From NCBI GenBank assembly GCA_043228905.1, contig JBHGNT010000227.1, positions 1 to 48,377 on the forward strand: a stretch of DNA of 48,377 nt. Direction: 5' to 3'. This DNA comes from Azolla caroliniana. Lineage: Eukaryota; Plantae; Polypodiophyta. The notes below the pieces were generated by a model. That model was not told where the DNA came from. It did no database searches and saw nothing but the letters and a program-made list of their open reading frames with translations. The position numbers were made by a program, and so were the translations under genes. Below, piece by piece: positions 24,801-38,638 of this stretch (position 1 is the first letter of the stretch; every line of letters begins with the position of its first letter).

Positions 24801-25429
24801 GTAATTACGAGAAAAGAGAGAGAGAGAGAGAAAGCATAATTTCATGAGATCATTTGGTTACTCCTAAATGGTTAGGTAATGTTGCAATATTGAGTTTGGA
24901 AATGCACTTCATGGTCCATAGATTTGCATTATTATGAGATATGTATAAACAACATCAACCATGGATATCTATGATGCAATATTTTATTGAGCATGAAAGA
25001 TTGGTGCATGGGAAAACTAAGATTCAAACATTGTGGTGGTCATTGCTCAATGGATGTATTCCTCTAAAGATTCAACATTCTATATGTGCTCAACAATATG
25101 TAAGGTTATAGCAATATGTGTTATATTCTTTTCAGCGGGTGCCATCAAGCAATCGAGAACTTTGTAATTTATTACAAAATGTGTTGCTCGTTTCTCTCAT
25201 TTGTTGCATTGTCACATAAAACAAAAGCTAAGATCTCAATTTAATTGTTTATTTCAATTAAGGGTGTCGAGACACGTGGGTAGGAGATAGAGTGAGAGTG
25301 AGAGCGATAACGAAAGAGAGAGGGTGTGTGTGTGTGCGTGAGAGAGATAAGACTTGAAATAGAAATGAGATTATATTATGATGAAACAAGATTGCAATGA
25401 GTAGGCTAAGAGCTAAAGATTGGTGTTGA

Positions 25430-25632
25430 ACCGAATGAGTTGAAATGAATGTGTGGACACTTATTTATAGATCCTTATGGAGTATTCTAGAATGTTCTAG
25501 AATATTTTAGATTTTTATGATAAGAAATATAAACATGAAATATTAAAGGATATTCTAGAATAATCTAGAATGTTCTAGAATATTCTAATATGTCGTAATA
25601 ACTAAAAATATAATTATTATAATCACATGACA
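25430..25632 (-). mobile_element. LTR-like fragment with heat-shock-element array and TATA box
   Basis: TTCTAGAATGTTCTAGAA (25485-25502) and TCTAGAATGTTCTAGAATATTC (about 25564-25585) lie upstream of minus-strand CTATAAATAAG (about 25470-25460). The architecture matches the LTR-like copies at 43.0 kb and 48.2 kb. Confidence 0.5.
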
Positions 25633-25639
25633 TATATGT

Positions 25640-25700
25640 TATTTCAATGGTTAAGGGTTCAACATATAGACCAAGAAGTCGTGGGTTCGATTCTTGATAA
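25640..25700 (+). mobile_element. Degenerate tRNA-derived (SINE-like) head
   Basis: TCAATGGTTAAG...AGACCAAGAAGTCGTGGGTTCGATTC, with A/B-box spacing and similarity to the + heads at 24440 and 24620. Confidence 0.5.
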
Positions 25701-26550
25701 GCCAAAATGTTGTCTTCATGACAGAGGGTTGTAGAATTGGGGGACGTGGTTGATAACGAGACTCAAGGTTGTCAAAATTTGATGATGCTAAATTATGGTT
25801 ATGTATTCCCCCCAATTATGGATTTGTTTGGGAGAAATTACAATATACTATTGTTGCATGGATCTTTTCCAATGAAAACAAATGGTGTCCTTTGGATGGA
25901 TTGATAATTAAAGGGATGGTATACACTTGTTATAGGTGACTACAAATATATTGCATTATCATGCAATGACATCATTTTCTTGGCAATCACCTAAAGCTAA
26001 AAGGGAGTGGAATGTAAGTAAAATATAAGGTGGTAGCAAATATTGCAACACGGTCAGTATTCTCATTGTCATTTCGTGCAAAGGTATTCATATGGAGAGT
26101 CATGATTGGTGGACAAGGCGATAAGGACTAAGTTAAGATACATCCTTCTTTTGTAGCATTCCATTAGAGGACAATACACAAAGGTTCATTGAATGACCTT
26201 TAGCACATATCATTTGTAAGTACTCGTCAGAGATTTAGCAGGTTTTATCATGTTGTTATTGAGATCTTAACAATGGGTTTCTGTTCAATACATTCAAAAT
26301 GGTTCAATGATGAGTTGGAGATCTTGTTCTAAATATACGATATTGGGAACTACAACACAATTGGAATATGCGCAATGCTTTCATGATCGATGGTAGACAT
26401 GGGGTGAAAGCCTATGTGAAGAAGTTGAAAGGCATTATCATGTGGAATTTTTGAATGTTAGAGTATGTGGGGATCATTTACTCAAGTGCATATTCAAGTT
26501 TTCTAATGGTTTTAGAGCATATCCCTTTGCCTAAATAGGTAGAGAAGACT

Positions 26551-27874
26551 AAGAAGTTGTAAGACCAAAACGACTTCAACCAGCCATCAGAAATGCCTTT
26601 ATCCTTCCAGCTATTGCGAGTTAGGGCAACACCCATTGATTTAGATCCAATGATTTGCCTTCCTAGCTTGGTAGTGTACTCGAAAAACCGTTCAAGTTTG
26701 TCCGTTCCCGGTTTCTGCCACCACACCTCTAGTGGATCCCAATCCAGATCACATATGGGCTTGTTGTCAACTATCCAAAGCTTACAATCAGATTGCAGCT
26801 TCCCTGGGTCCAGGTTTACTTGCCACTTCTTACCTTCTAGCATTGCCACTCGTATTGCCAACCACTGGCCATTGTCTGCCAAAGCACTTAGGTTGCCCCA
26901 CCATCGATACTCATTAGATGGCCATTAGGTTGCCCCACCACTGGCCATTGTCGTTTTGGAGGAGGCTATGGGCATTCGATATGCCAGAAAAAATAAAGAT
27001 TTGGTTGTGGCTTCTTAGTCACAAAGCTGTACCAGTGGGGGAGTGGCTTAGGTGTCGTGGTGGTGAGGCTGGATGCAAAATTTGCGGTCACCCTTTGGAA
27101 TCAATTCCTCATTGTTTTTGGAATTGTAACGAGGCTATTAACATTTGGGGTAGAAGTCTTCGAATAGTGGCAGCATGCGGCGTGAATGGGAGAGTTGTAT
27201 GGGGGTCCGTACAGGGGCTGAAGTTAACAGGGGAAGGTTGGGCTGAACAGTTAAACCCTCACGGACATGGATTTATAGTGCAAGGTGGTAAGGTGTTTCA
27301 ACGGGTTGGAGTTCGACCTGGCACTAACTCAGAACATTTTGAAGAGATATGGAGGATGGTGGCTTGTTTATCGGTCTAGCACATTTGGACCAACCGCTGT
27401 AAGTTTGTTTTTCAACAACAAAAGATCCCTAATGGTGAGGTATTAATAAATATCTGGTTTGAGTTGGTCTCTTGGCTGCAAGGACGATACAACTCGATTA
27501 AGGGGGAATCTGATGCAGCTGAAAGATCTCGATCAAAGTTCTTGCTGAAATGGGGTAATTCTCCTATGGTCGGCAGATCATCATCAGGGCCTCAATGGCA
27601 CTACCAAGCACCCCGATGGTTGTTTCCCCCAATAGTTTCCAACAACGTCTAGGTGCTGTAAATTTGTATAGTTATGGTACAAATAACTAGGTTATTGGAG
27701 TTGTTTGGATACGTTTGTTGAAAATGAGGTGGGGACTATGTCCACTTTGGTGGGAAGGCCAGAGTGAGGGCTATTGAGAGGAATTTTGAGAGTTCTATGA
27801 TGTAATTTTGTTTGCTAACTAATGCGAAGCAGTATTTTTTTGGAAAAAAGAAGAAGAAGAAGTTGTAAGACCAA
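26551..27874 (+). mobile_element. 5'-truncated, 5'-inverted L1 (LINE) insertion with 18-bp TSD
   Basis: TSD AAGAAGTTGTAAGACCAA at 26551-26568 and 27857-27874. The sense part (26950-27850) encodes the ORF2 C-terminus (SFWRRLW...KIKIWLW; zf-RVT CKICGHPLESIPHCFWNC; HIWTNRC) with one in-frame TAG at 27377 and an A/AAG-rich tail. The inverted part (26569 to about 26920) encodes the directly upstream ORF2 peptide ending ...GWLKSFW. Confidence 0.9.
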
Positions 27875-28133
27875 GTTACATACAATTAATATAATATAAT
27901 TGTGTGCTTTCACCAAACGAGAGAGAGAGAGAGAAGTATGTTGGGTTGCTTTGAAAACATATGTAGTCATTAAACTATGTGATCCATATTGAATTATTTC
28001 CCATGGCGTACTTTGAGAACATACTCATTAAGCGCATGATCCATATGCTAAATGGAGTTGTATGTCTTAACAATACAATGGATATGGTGTTATCCAGCTT
28101 ACGTTGTCTTGTGTGTGTGTGTGTGCGCACTTG

Positions 28134-28167
<34 letters not shown>

Positions 28168-28329
28168 AAGGAACAGAAACTGCAAGCAAAAGGAAAGCTA
28201 AAACACAAAACTAGTATGCTAATATGTAACAAATTATGAGAAGTGCTCAAGTCAAGTGGCCCACTCAATGTGAGGATCGTGTGAGACCCAATACATAAGG
28301 AATAAAATGTAAAACTTTTTATCTAGAAT

Positions 28330-30600
28330 TAAATCATTTAAGAATATTTAGAATGAGAAGAAATTGAAAGTATGCCGTGTTGGTTGGAATGTACAATATG
28401 CATGTTCGAAGGAGTTCCTTTCAAATCAATTTGAGGAATATTTAGTGTTAGAAGGAAATTGGAGGTAGGTGATGACTTTGCATACACCACAACATATATT
28501 AAAGGAACATCGAAACCAGATAATTGGAGAGATTGCCAATGTGTGTTGAAAAGATATGGATTGCAAGATTCCTACTGGGTTGAGGTGATTAACACCACAA
28601 TCGTCATCTCAAAATTTTACATCAACAATTGAAAAGATGATGCAATGGAGGCATATTAAGGTAAGAAAACTTTTCCCGTGCATTTGAAGACATTTGATAA
28701 TGTATTCTATGTGCACATGCCTGGCGTGTGTAGGGCAAAGCTAGATGTTAAGAGCAATGTATACATCTTTATTGGATATAGCCCAAAGTCTCAGCCCCAT
28801 GGGCTCTATGATGTTACTTGAAAGAAGATGGTATGAGATTCTATAAATGTGCATATATACCTTGGGTAGAAATTTTGTGACACCAAAAGTAGGATATATT
28901 GTGAACTATCAAATCACAAAACATTTACAAGAGCTGAAATCCAAATATTGCTACAAAAAAGAATATTTGATCAATTTAGCACAAGATGGGATGACACTTT
29001 CTTAATGGGTGGATTAGCACCCTAACACTAGATGAGGAATGTAGCTCAAATAGACGGTTTGGAAGGTCAAGAAGAATTGAGGGGAAAACACATTGAAAGC
29101 GTGTGATGGATCAAAATGTCAAATTTGCTCTCGTGATGAATATAAGGAGTTGAGCTCTCTTTGGATGAGACAAAAAGGAACCTTAGGTGGAATGACTATG
29201 GGGTTTGAATTAGAAGGTTTTTTGTTTAAGGCGACAAAGCTAGTGTAACCTAAAAAAGGTACATCTATATGAAGTACCAAGAATTTTTGAAACATTTACT
29301 CTAATGCAAAGAATCAATGTTGACTAAATGGCCTTGGTCCTTGGAAGTGTGCAAGATGCAAAACTAACCAAAATACTAGATGGATGTGAAGCTTGTGTTC
29401 CTATATGGCTACCTCAAGTAGGAGTTATTCATGGAGAAAATATCAAGTTCTTAATTATGTGATTCAATAATTAAGGGCTTTATATTGCGAAAATCTCTAT
29501 ACGAGTTGAAGTAAGTACTCATGGTTTAGTGCAAGCGTATGATTGTATTCCTCATAGAAGAGAGATTCAAGAGGTTTACAATTAATGCAACCCTCTTTAA
29601 AAGTGAATGTAAGCATATATGTAGTGATCCTTGTGTTGTAAGCCTGTGCGTGGACAATATGGGCAACACAAGCAACAATAAAGTCAATCTTCATCTCACT
29701 AAGAAAACCCAAGTTCCACATTCAAGTTAATAGATTCCACTTTGTCACACTTCTGTATGGGGCTAGAGGTGTATCAAAGGAACAAGGCGATGTTTGTTGC
29801 TCACTTAGTTCTAAATAATTTGGGATGTAAATTTCCTTTCACATGGATGGAAGCCAAAGCCAACTTGAAGTTGACAAACATTAGGAATCCAAGATTGGGA
29901 AAGCATACCAATATCAGGCTTTGGTCTAGAGTCTCTCATAAATGTCCATGACAAGATAAACATTGTTTATATTGTAAGAGAGTTTAGAAAAAGTCATTTG
30001 CAAGATGCAAATATTGAAGTACTTCAAGTGTACAATTTAGATTTGGAATTGAGTTTCAATGGTAAGATAGTGTGATTCTAAATAGGGGCTAGATATCTAT
30101 AGGAAATGTCTACTTTTTATTTTTTTCCCCAATGTTTGGAATATTTTCATTGGACTAGAAAGAAGCAATTAGGTGTCCCAATGTCCTAAGCAAAAGTGGA
30201 GTAAAAGGTGGTGTGCTATGTAGGGTTTGAAGCACTTAGAAGAAATTGGGATTCTAAATGAGTTGGCACCAACGTGCATAACATGGGATAGTTTATTGCA
30301 TTGCTATCACAATGAGTATGGTGTCCCAAAGGCACACCTAGCTTATCCATATATAGTTTTGGTTTACATGAGAAATTATTCCGTGTTGAGAAGGTGAATT
30401 TGGAGTGGTATATTGAGCACAATCATATGGATCTCTCTCTACAAGGACATCATAGCAAGCATAAACTTTGGGAAACTTTGAAATAATAAGGATATTGACT
30501 TCACATGTTCATTGTTTTTAAGAAACGTTGCAATATACTTCTAGCCCGTTCTACTTGTTACCTTGAGCGTTTAAAAGTAGGTAAATGTTGATTAATGGCA
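28330..30600 (+). mobile_element. Heavily decayed Ty1/copia pol (integrase-RT-RNase H) remnant
   Basis: Remnant motifs in copia order: TLHTPQH (TPQQNG-like, about 28475), FIGYS (about 28770), MDVKLVFLYG (about 29380), VSLCVDNM (YVDD-like, about 29640), HFCMGLEV and HWTRKKQ (about 30150). Many stops and frameshifts. Confidence 0.65.
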
Positions 30601-33600
30601 ACTTGCGGAGGAAAACTAATTTTTTTTTAGTCACATAAGTCATGTGTTCTTCATTACTTTATCATTCTTATCTTTGTTTATTTACTTGTACTTTATCACA
30701 AATTTTTATACCACTTGGATGCAGGTCTCATCTTTCCTTTTAAGGTTAGTTTTTTTACAAGAGTTAGGAAACAATAGTTGTACATCACTTGTTTCCAGTT
30801 GAAGGTTGTTTATCTCTTAAGAGGAATGATGACGCTATTATACATTTGCCCTATGTCCTTTAACATGACTTGTTCTTCGTCAACCTTTGTGATTCACATT
30901 CATGTGTAAATAAAAGTGAATTAGATAATAGTAATTCACATCCTCTTCTCATATATGATCACATTGGTACATACTTGTGATGTGTCAAAGAAGAACAACA
31001 AATTGACAAAAACAAGTCTCTAAACCATTGTTGTTGCATGGTACACAAGTACATACTCTCGAGAAAAGCTTGAATGCCTTTTGAAGTTGTATACCTCAAA
31101 AGACTTTCTAAACCATATGAGGTGGATAAGTACATAGACAATGTGTTGTGATACAAAATGGTGTTGGGGAGATTGTCCTAATCAATTTTCTTTACGAAAG
31201 ACACTAGTGTAACAAAATCTTCACTCACATGAAACCCATTTAAAATTTAGATGTGTCATTACCTTGTGCATCCTTATAGTTGAAGCATATTAGGTGTTCA
31301 TTTATGTATACTTTTAGCAATAACAAAGGTTGTCACAAATTCTCCCAAACAAGACTTATAAAATGTATGTTAAATTCTTAAAGGTGTTACCTTTGGAAAT
31401 CAATGCCTATTGAACAACACCATGCTAGTAAGTATTTTCATTGATCGTAAAAAAAAGGTCAATGAGCTCTCCATCTAACATTGTCATCAATGTCTCTCCA
31501 ATTTGATTTTATCCGTGCATGGTTTCAATCTCATGTTTTGAGGTATCAACTTTTCAAGTATGTATAAAACAACAAATGGGAAAGTGCATCCTTTATCTTG
31601 TACCACAATTAATCAACTTTTCAAAGACATATAAAAACAACAAATGGAAAAGCGTATCAATATCTTGTCCAATACTTAATTGCCTCACCAAAAAGAAGCA
31701 CCAACAATATTTTACTTGGAAACAACAACATCTAAGTTTATCTTGAAAAGATATGTCTTATCCATTTCAAAACAATTTTTTAATAAAGATTCTATTATTT
31801 TTCATCTTCTCCCACTAACAAGATTATGGTTATGTGTCTTCACGGCCCCAAGAATGATTGACAATGGTTATATTATCACAAACATGCAGATTAAACTTAT
31901 TGTCAATCTAAAACATTCTTACGCTATGATCTAATTCATTAGTTAATCAGGTTCACACGAAGGCCAAATGACAATACCTTAGTTACTGTTTTCATAAACC
32001 ATCAAATATAACCAAAAATGATACTGCACATGGAATCATTTTTGCCTTAGGGATAGAGCAAGTGAAGGTTTCACCTTGCCTTGATTATTACTAGGATTTT
32101 TACAATAACCATATGTCCAACTACTTATCATGGATCCTTATTTTGTAGCGCACACAAATACATTTTGATTCATGAAATTTCAATCATCATACACTACAGT
32201 CTTGGTATGGTAGAGGTAACAAGTCCCTATGCAATTTCCCTTCCAACAACTTTGAACCATGTAGTGATGAATAGGTTCTTGTTGTAGCAAATGAATGAAA
32301 GAAGCGGAGAACAAAGTGTTTTTTTTATGGATCCAAGTCCCATATGTTGCATTGGATCAAGTGATGGAAATATTACCGAATTTTCATGCTTTTCAAATAA
32401 TAATGCTCATTCCTTTATACTAATAATAACATTTAACCTTCAATCTTATCATTTGTGCCACGTATTTCAGAAGTTCTCTTTAAAATTATTCTGGGGGCGA
32501 TATGGTCTACACTTATCCACGATGAATTCCTGTGAGTGACATATTTCTTCACCAAATTATTTATCACGCCGGTCTATTCCTATGGTATGGTCTATTCTCA
32601 TCAACAATGAATTACTATGAGTTATATTTCTTAACCAAAAAATATTCATACACATCATGTTCCTCCTAATGGAGGTCCTTGCTTACCTATCCATCTTTTG
32701 TTTGAGGTTCCACACACAATGAAACTCGAGGTGGAGTATTGTTATTGTGGCAAGAATGATGTTTTCGAAAGATATGGATATTGTAAATGCAACCATTATG
32801 AGAAAACATGTGATGCAAACAAAAAAAATAGAAGAGGGTCTACCATTTTGTTTCAATTGTAGACAACAAGAAAAGCATTGCCTTCATTTAAAGAGAGGTT
32901 AGGTCCTCTAAATCTAGTGAGGACTGAATATTGGCACATTCACTCAATGATCTAAGTTGGTTGATAAATGAGATTAGAAGCAAAATGAAGAAACTTCACA
33001 CAAGTAATTTTGATGGTTGTGTAAGTAGAAAGAATATGGTAGTCCACCATCGTTCACACAAGTCTAGTATAACCGAACTACTACACACATGGCTCATTGC
33101 ATTATGGAAGGAACGGGTTATCTTATCCTTTCATGGCTAGCAAAATTAAGTAACATTTGCATTCTCAATACTACACTAAAGAACATAACAGATATTGTGA
33201 AGCTTTTGTTTTACAACTCTTATGTATGAATTGGAAACAATGCCTATGTGTCTCTTCTCAACAAGAACATAAAGAGGAAGAGCAAGAAATATACCATAAT
33301 AACATATTATAAATATGCTACTACAGTATGGAGAACAACAATGCATTATGGTATAATTATGGTATAGGAAATGTTCTTTCACATGCAATGAAATAGTTGG
33401 AAGATTTTCATTTCATTATAAAAAGAAGAGCCCATGAATACCAACATCAAAAGTAGCAATAGTTTGAATCGAGTCTTCACACGTGTGTGTGGTCTAGAGA
33501 TGGGATTGAGCATGTTAATATGCATTTTATATACCATTGTTTGTCACATAAAACTTTTAAAAAACAGCCACTAGATCAATATACTTGAGCAAGCAACTTT

Positions 33601-34349
33601 GGCAACACATGGTAGCCTAGAATTAGATTGGAGCCAAATTCTCCGCCAATAAATGCTTCCATTTATTTATTTTGATAATTTGAAGTACTTAGCTAAAACA
33701 TTTAGTATCCATATAAATATGAATCATAATTTACTAGTTTTCATGTGAGCTCTGATTCATGAATCCAGATACCATAAGAAATGTGCATCTGAGCAACATG
33801 CCTGTTTGCTCTTTCACATATATCTAATCCCACAAACATTTGAACTGTTTCCTACATGTACAACTAATTATGATGCAATATGTTTTGAATCAATGAAAAC
33901 ATTTGTAATTGTTGTAAATTTCGTTACACATCATCTGTGACATATATTAACCTTCCAAAATTATCCACCCCATAAAAAAGCCTCAGCTAATAATCGTATA
34001 GGAAAAAATTCATTGACCAAGAGAGCACTGTCCAGAATTGATGTTTTCTTCTCATATATTAAAGAGGTTCAAGAAAATAAAACTACTTATATACATATTT
34101 TGTTCCTCAATCAACTGCTTTAGCGGGGTATTTACGTCTCAAAATCCATTGGAAAAAAGCATGTCCTAAACTTTATTTAGAATAGTTTCGGACATCTCGC
34201 AACCTTTAATGAGAGACATATCTAGGCTTATGAAGTAAATAATGGATTCTTTTTCTTTTTCTTTTTTCTACAATCATCTACAAAAAACAGCCAATAATGC
34301 AAAACAACCATTTCCGAGCTTTTTTTTCTCTCGGATAATAATTTAAAAA

Positions 34350-37300
34350 TCAATTGCTGTACTTCCTATTTTGAGTCCAGTGTCCGCCAGTTGACTTTTG
34401 TACAGTGGGTGGATTGGGTTTGCCCCGCACGACTTGCACCGCGGTCTTCGGGAGGTCTGGAATATCGAGGACTTGCACGACACGTTGCTTTTTTGCTGAC
34501 ATTGCCCACAGACATTCATGTTAGGAACCAGACCAACAGGAAAAAACCATATAACTGAAATGCATGACACAAAAACAAAAACTTGCTGAAGCTGTTTCTT
34601 AGAAAAGAGAAACACAAATTAGACGAAGCAAAATAGCAAGAAAAATGCTCACCATTTTCTGCTTGTTGATACCCTTGATGAAGTTTCCTCTTTGCATTCT
34701 CGAGCTTCTGATCGACCAAGCACTTATCAGTCTTCTGCACAGAAAGCACTTGAATCTTCAGCAAAACGAAAATAGGCATCCTGATTAATTGTTTGCATTA
34801 ATGGATTGGTGTATATTTATATATATCCCAACAGTTTTGGAAATAAACATCAATGATGAAACAATACATAATATAGCCAAATCGCGAGGCACGGAGGGGA
34901 ACAAACAAAATTCATCCAATAATCTTGTGGGTTTACAGATTAACATGGCTATACATGTGAAAACAAAATCAATTTCGGAAATGGAAATTGCATCTGCCAT
35001 CAATAAAACATAGCATCATAATGTCACCAAGTATGAATGATGCCATATTCTAAAGCACACTTTCCTACGGACATCATTGATAAACAACATAGCATTATAT
35101 AGCCAAAGTCCAAAGCTTGAAAATAAAAAAGACGGGTGACGAGAATACCCCTATATAGATAATTGGGGTAGTAAAGAATTTACAACAATAGAGGAGTATT
35201 TGGCAATTATTGAAAACTCAAGAGCATTCTAATCAATATGAAAAACGATTTGTATTGCCCATAAAGAAATTACCACAGCTGAAGATTTCTGAGCAATGTC
35301 AACATGTGGTTGAGGATCTAATATGATTTTCCTCCCTGAATCATGGATTGATTTTGATGTCCTAACAACAACAGAAGCTGAGACACCCTTCAAAGGTCTA
35401 TCATTCCCGGGAATAGACTTTGAGGTATGACTGTTGTCCACTTTACTCGTTTTCCCTTTCAAGGCAGACATGGCAATGGGTGGGTCACGGCGGGTGGCGC
35501 TCCCTCTCTCCTCTGGTATTTGTATACTCCCCGATTGCGATTGTGACTGTGATTGTGAAAAGTAGTCAAGATTGTCTTTAACCGAAGGGTCATTGGAGTT
35601 CAAGGTCATGTTATGCTTCGTTCGCCCACCTGATAAACAATAAGAAGGTTTGACCTTGTTTATTTTATTGCGGTATAAAAAATACTCAAATATATCTAAT
35701 GAGATCTTGATGAGTAAAAAGGTGAGAAGTTTGCACTGAAATGCTTACCTCCTCCACCTTCAATGAAGCTAAAAAGCTGCAAATAAACATCCAAATCAGA
35801 AATTTCATCACTTATAAGACCTTGGGTCAAAAAACTTCAGATACAAAAAAATCACCCTATTTTGAGGTATAAATCATTATCGAACTAAAGCTATGAATCA
35901 GTTTCCAATTTTTATATTTCTATTCCCTATAACATCAATGTATATGAGGATAAATCTAAATCTATATGTACCTCGGACAAATCCACCCCCGATGATGCTC
36001 GACCTTCCAACAGTGCATCTTCATCAACCAGAGATGAGGGAATTCCATGATGATCATCATCATGACTTTCCACAAATTCTTCACATTCTGAAATTCAACC
36101 TTATCCTTGTTTTTCTTTTGATATATGAGGTTTCCAAAAGAAAAACATAACATCATGGGAGAATGAAATTTAACCAAATCAGTTAATTTGTAAATGACAG
36201 CATTGTTTTGTGGACCATTTGCTTCTTGATTCACAAGAGAGAGGACAGAGAGAGAGAGAGAAAGATTGCATTGTCACCTGTGCCAGTGTCCATGTTCACA
36301 CCTCGGGCACTATTTACCCACTTATCAACAAGCATTTTCCAGTGTCTGCTCAATTCAACAGGCCAAATTCAAAAAATGTGTGAGGAATCTTAATGAGAAT
36401 CAAACCCATGACGACTGTAAAGAGATTCAACAAATGCTGTGATTGCAATTTGAACCTTAAAAAAATATTTGCATGGAACAAGCGATCCTTACTTTACAAG
36501 CTCCTTCACTAAGCATCGAACTTTTCTCGAAGAATGCTTCCGGAGACCATTCACGTGCTTTCCTATTTCAGTTGACTGTTGCAAAGCATGCACAGTATAT
36601 ATGTAAATAGATTTGATATTTAGCCATTTCAATGACAAATTTTTGTTTTTTATATTGAGAAACATTTATATTTGAGGTTAGACTAAACCACAAAATTATC
36701 TAATGAACATCAACAAAGATAACTACAATTAATATGAGATTTAAAATTAATGCCTCTCTCTCTCTCTCTCTCTCTTTCTATACATATATAAAGCTTAATC
36801 ACGATGAAAAGAGATTTATCTCTAATTCATACCTTTAAAGCTTCCACTGTGATCTGCATATATTGGAGTCTTTGTAAAGACTCTAGAATGACTTTCTCTG
36901 GCTGCAAAACAAGAAAATTTAGTGTATAGATAATACTAACAAAAGCAATGATCCACATAAAGAAAAATATAAGGAAAAAAAGGCATCAAAATTGAAGAAA
37001 AACACTATTAATATTACGAGATGCATCAAATTTTGAAGAGAAAACATCAAATTTAGCTAAAAAGCCTCATAGAAAATCATGGGAAAGAGAAACTTTAACA
37101 GAAAGAAAAAACCATTGACAAAATGCACAACAAAGTGAAAGAAAAATATAGCAAAAGATCATCAAAATGGATGAAGAAAAACATAACAATAAAAAACGAA
37201 AGAAAATTTATAGCAACAGGAAACGGAGGGGGAAAGCAAACAAAATTGACAGAAAAAACATAGGAAACATGGAGTAGATAAAGAAATAAAACATACTTGA

Positions 37301-37836
37301 TCAACGTCCTTGATGCTTTCCTTAATGATTTCAATCTCTCTGAGGACCATGGTTTCTTCATCAAGTTCGGCTTCATCATCGAATCCATGATGATTCCTTT
37401 TCCCATCTTCATCACAGGTCTTTCCATCACTTTCTACACCATTTCCTTCTTCTTCTTCTGCTTCTTCTTCTTCTTCTTCTTTGTCGTCGTCGTCATCATC
37501 AATGTGATCAATATGATCAAGACCACTACCATCAAATGCTTCCTCTGTTCCTTCACCATCCCTAACCTCACCTTCTTCTAAGATAAGGTTTGGATTAATA
37601 TTATGACTATGACGACGATGATGATCATTACCATTGCTATTATGATCATTTTTTGTATCCCTTATACTAGAAAGATTCCTCGAGAACAGAGTTTCTGCTA
37701 TTTCTACCCTCCGTTCCCGGAATTCTTTTGGGTAATCAGAAGCCGCCAGGTGGATAGCCGAGTGGATAACCTGCCAGATGTTGGCACCTGATTGGATAAG
37801 ATAACTCCTCAATTCATCCATGTCACAGTTCACCAT
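34350..37836 (-). CDS. TFIIS N-terminal (LW) domain protein, Mediator subunit 26-like (MED26b/c-like), about 500 aa
   Basis: Exons 37836-37297, 36901-36833, 36575-36493, 36345-36278, 36087-35972, 35776-35749, 35629-35274, 34755 (or 34734)-34653 and 34495-34350. Motifs: IWQVIHSAIHLAASDYPKEFRERRVEIAETLF, LQYMQITVEALKSTEIGKHVNGLRKHSS, WKMLVDKWV and KLENAKRKLHQGYQQAENAKKQRVVQVLDIPDLPK. Confidence 0.88.
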
Positions 37837-38564
37837 TGCAAGGTACAATTCTTGCTTTCGTTAGTAAATCAATCCCTGCTACTCTCTCACGGATAGCAAA
37901 TCAAACCCTAAAATGTCCTTACATGGGTATACACATATTTCCTATCTTTCTCTTTTTCTTCCTTCCTTTCTCTCTTTGTTGTTAAAAACAGAGGAAGTAT
38001 GATCCAATGAACTTTTATTTTGTTTCTAATGTTCTTGGATCAAATAAAACCTTATAATAGGTTTCTATATGCATACATATCTCTTTATTTTCCTTCTCTA
38101 TCCGCCTTTCTTTCTCTGTGGAGTGGCAGAATAGCTATGAAACAATTAGCTTTTTCCCCTCTTTTTCCTTGAGTTAGCGAACCAAACCCTAAAGTGGGCT
38201 TATGATGTACACATCAAACAATGAGATGATCAACGCTATGCAAAGAGAGGGGGGGGGGAAAGAGGGGGAGATGCATTGCAGAAGAAGGGAGGGCACAACT
38301 CTGTTTCTTTTCTGTTGGCATAGAGAGAAAGAGGAAAGAACAAAAAACACACACAGAGGCAGGCAGGCACAGAGAGAGAGAGAGAGAGGTTTTCACCAAA
38401 AAAAAAAAGTTTCTCTCTCTACCCACTAGGCTGATTTTTCACTGATTTTCTTCTTCTACTTTTCGTTTCAGAAATGGGTCTCTCCTTTCTCTCTAGAGAG
38501 AGCGACAGAGCCTCGTATATATGTACGTATATGTATGTATGTATAAGGTATCTGGTTCTGATCC

Positions 38565-38584
38565 ATACTCTCTCTCTTCCCCTG

Positions 38585-38638
<54 letters not shown>

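Noticed and set aside
30700-33400. Possible decayed DNA-transposon coding sequence
   Set aside because: The composition suggests TE debris, but I could not identify a diagnostic motif by eye. It needs a tBLASTx or RepeatMasker search.
34560-34603. Apparent (A)KKQLQQVF continuation of the MED26-like protein
   Set aside because: There is no AG acceptor in the right phase. The exon at 34495 gives the conserved AKKQRVVQVLDIPDLPK.
486-37836. The five genes as a functional cluster
   Set aside because: A wall protein, Hsp40, a plastid peptidase, SUS and a MED26-like protein share no pathway. This is an ordinary eukaryotic gene neighbourhood.
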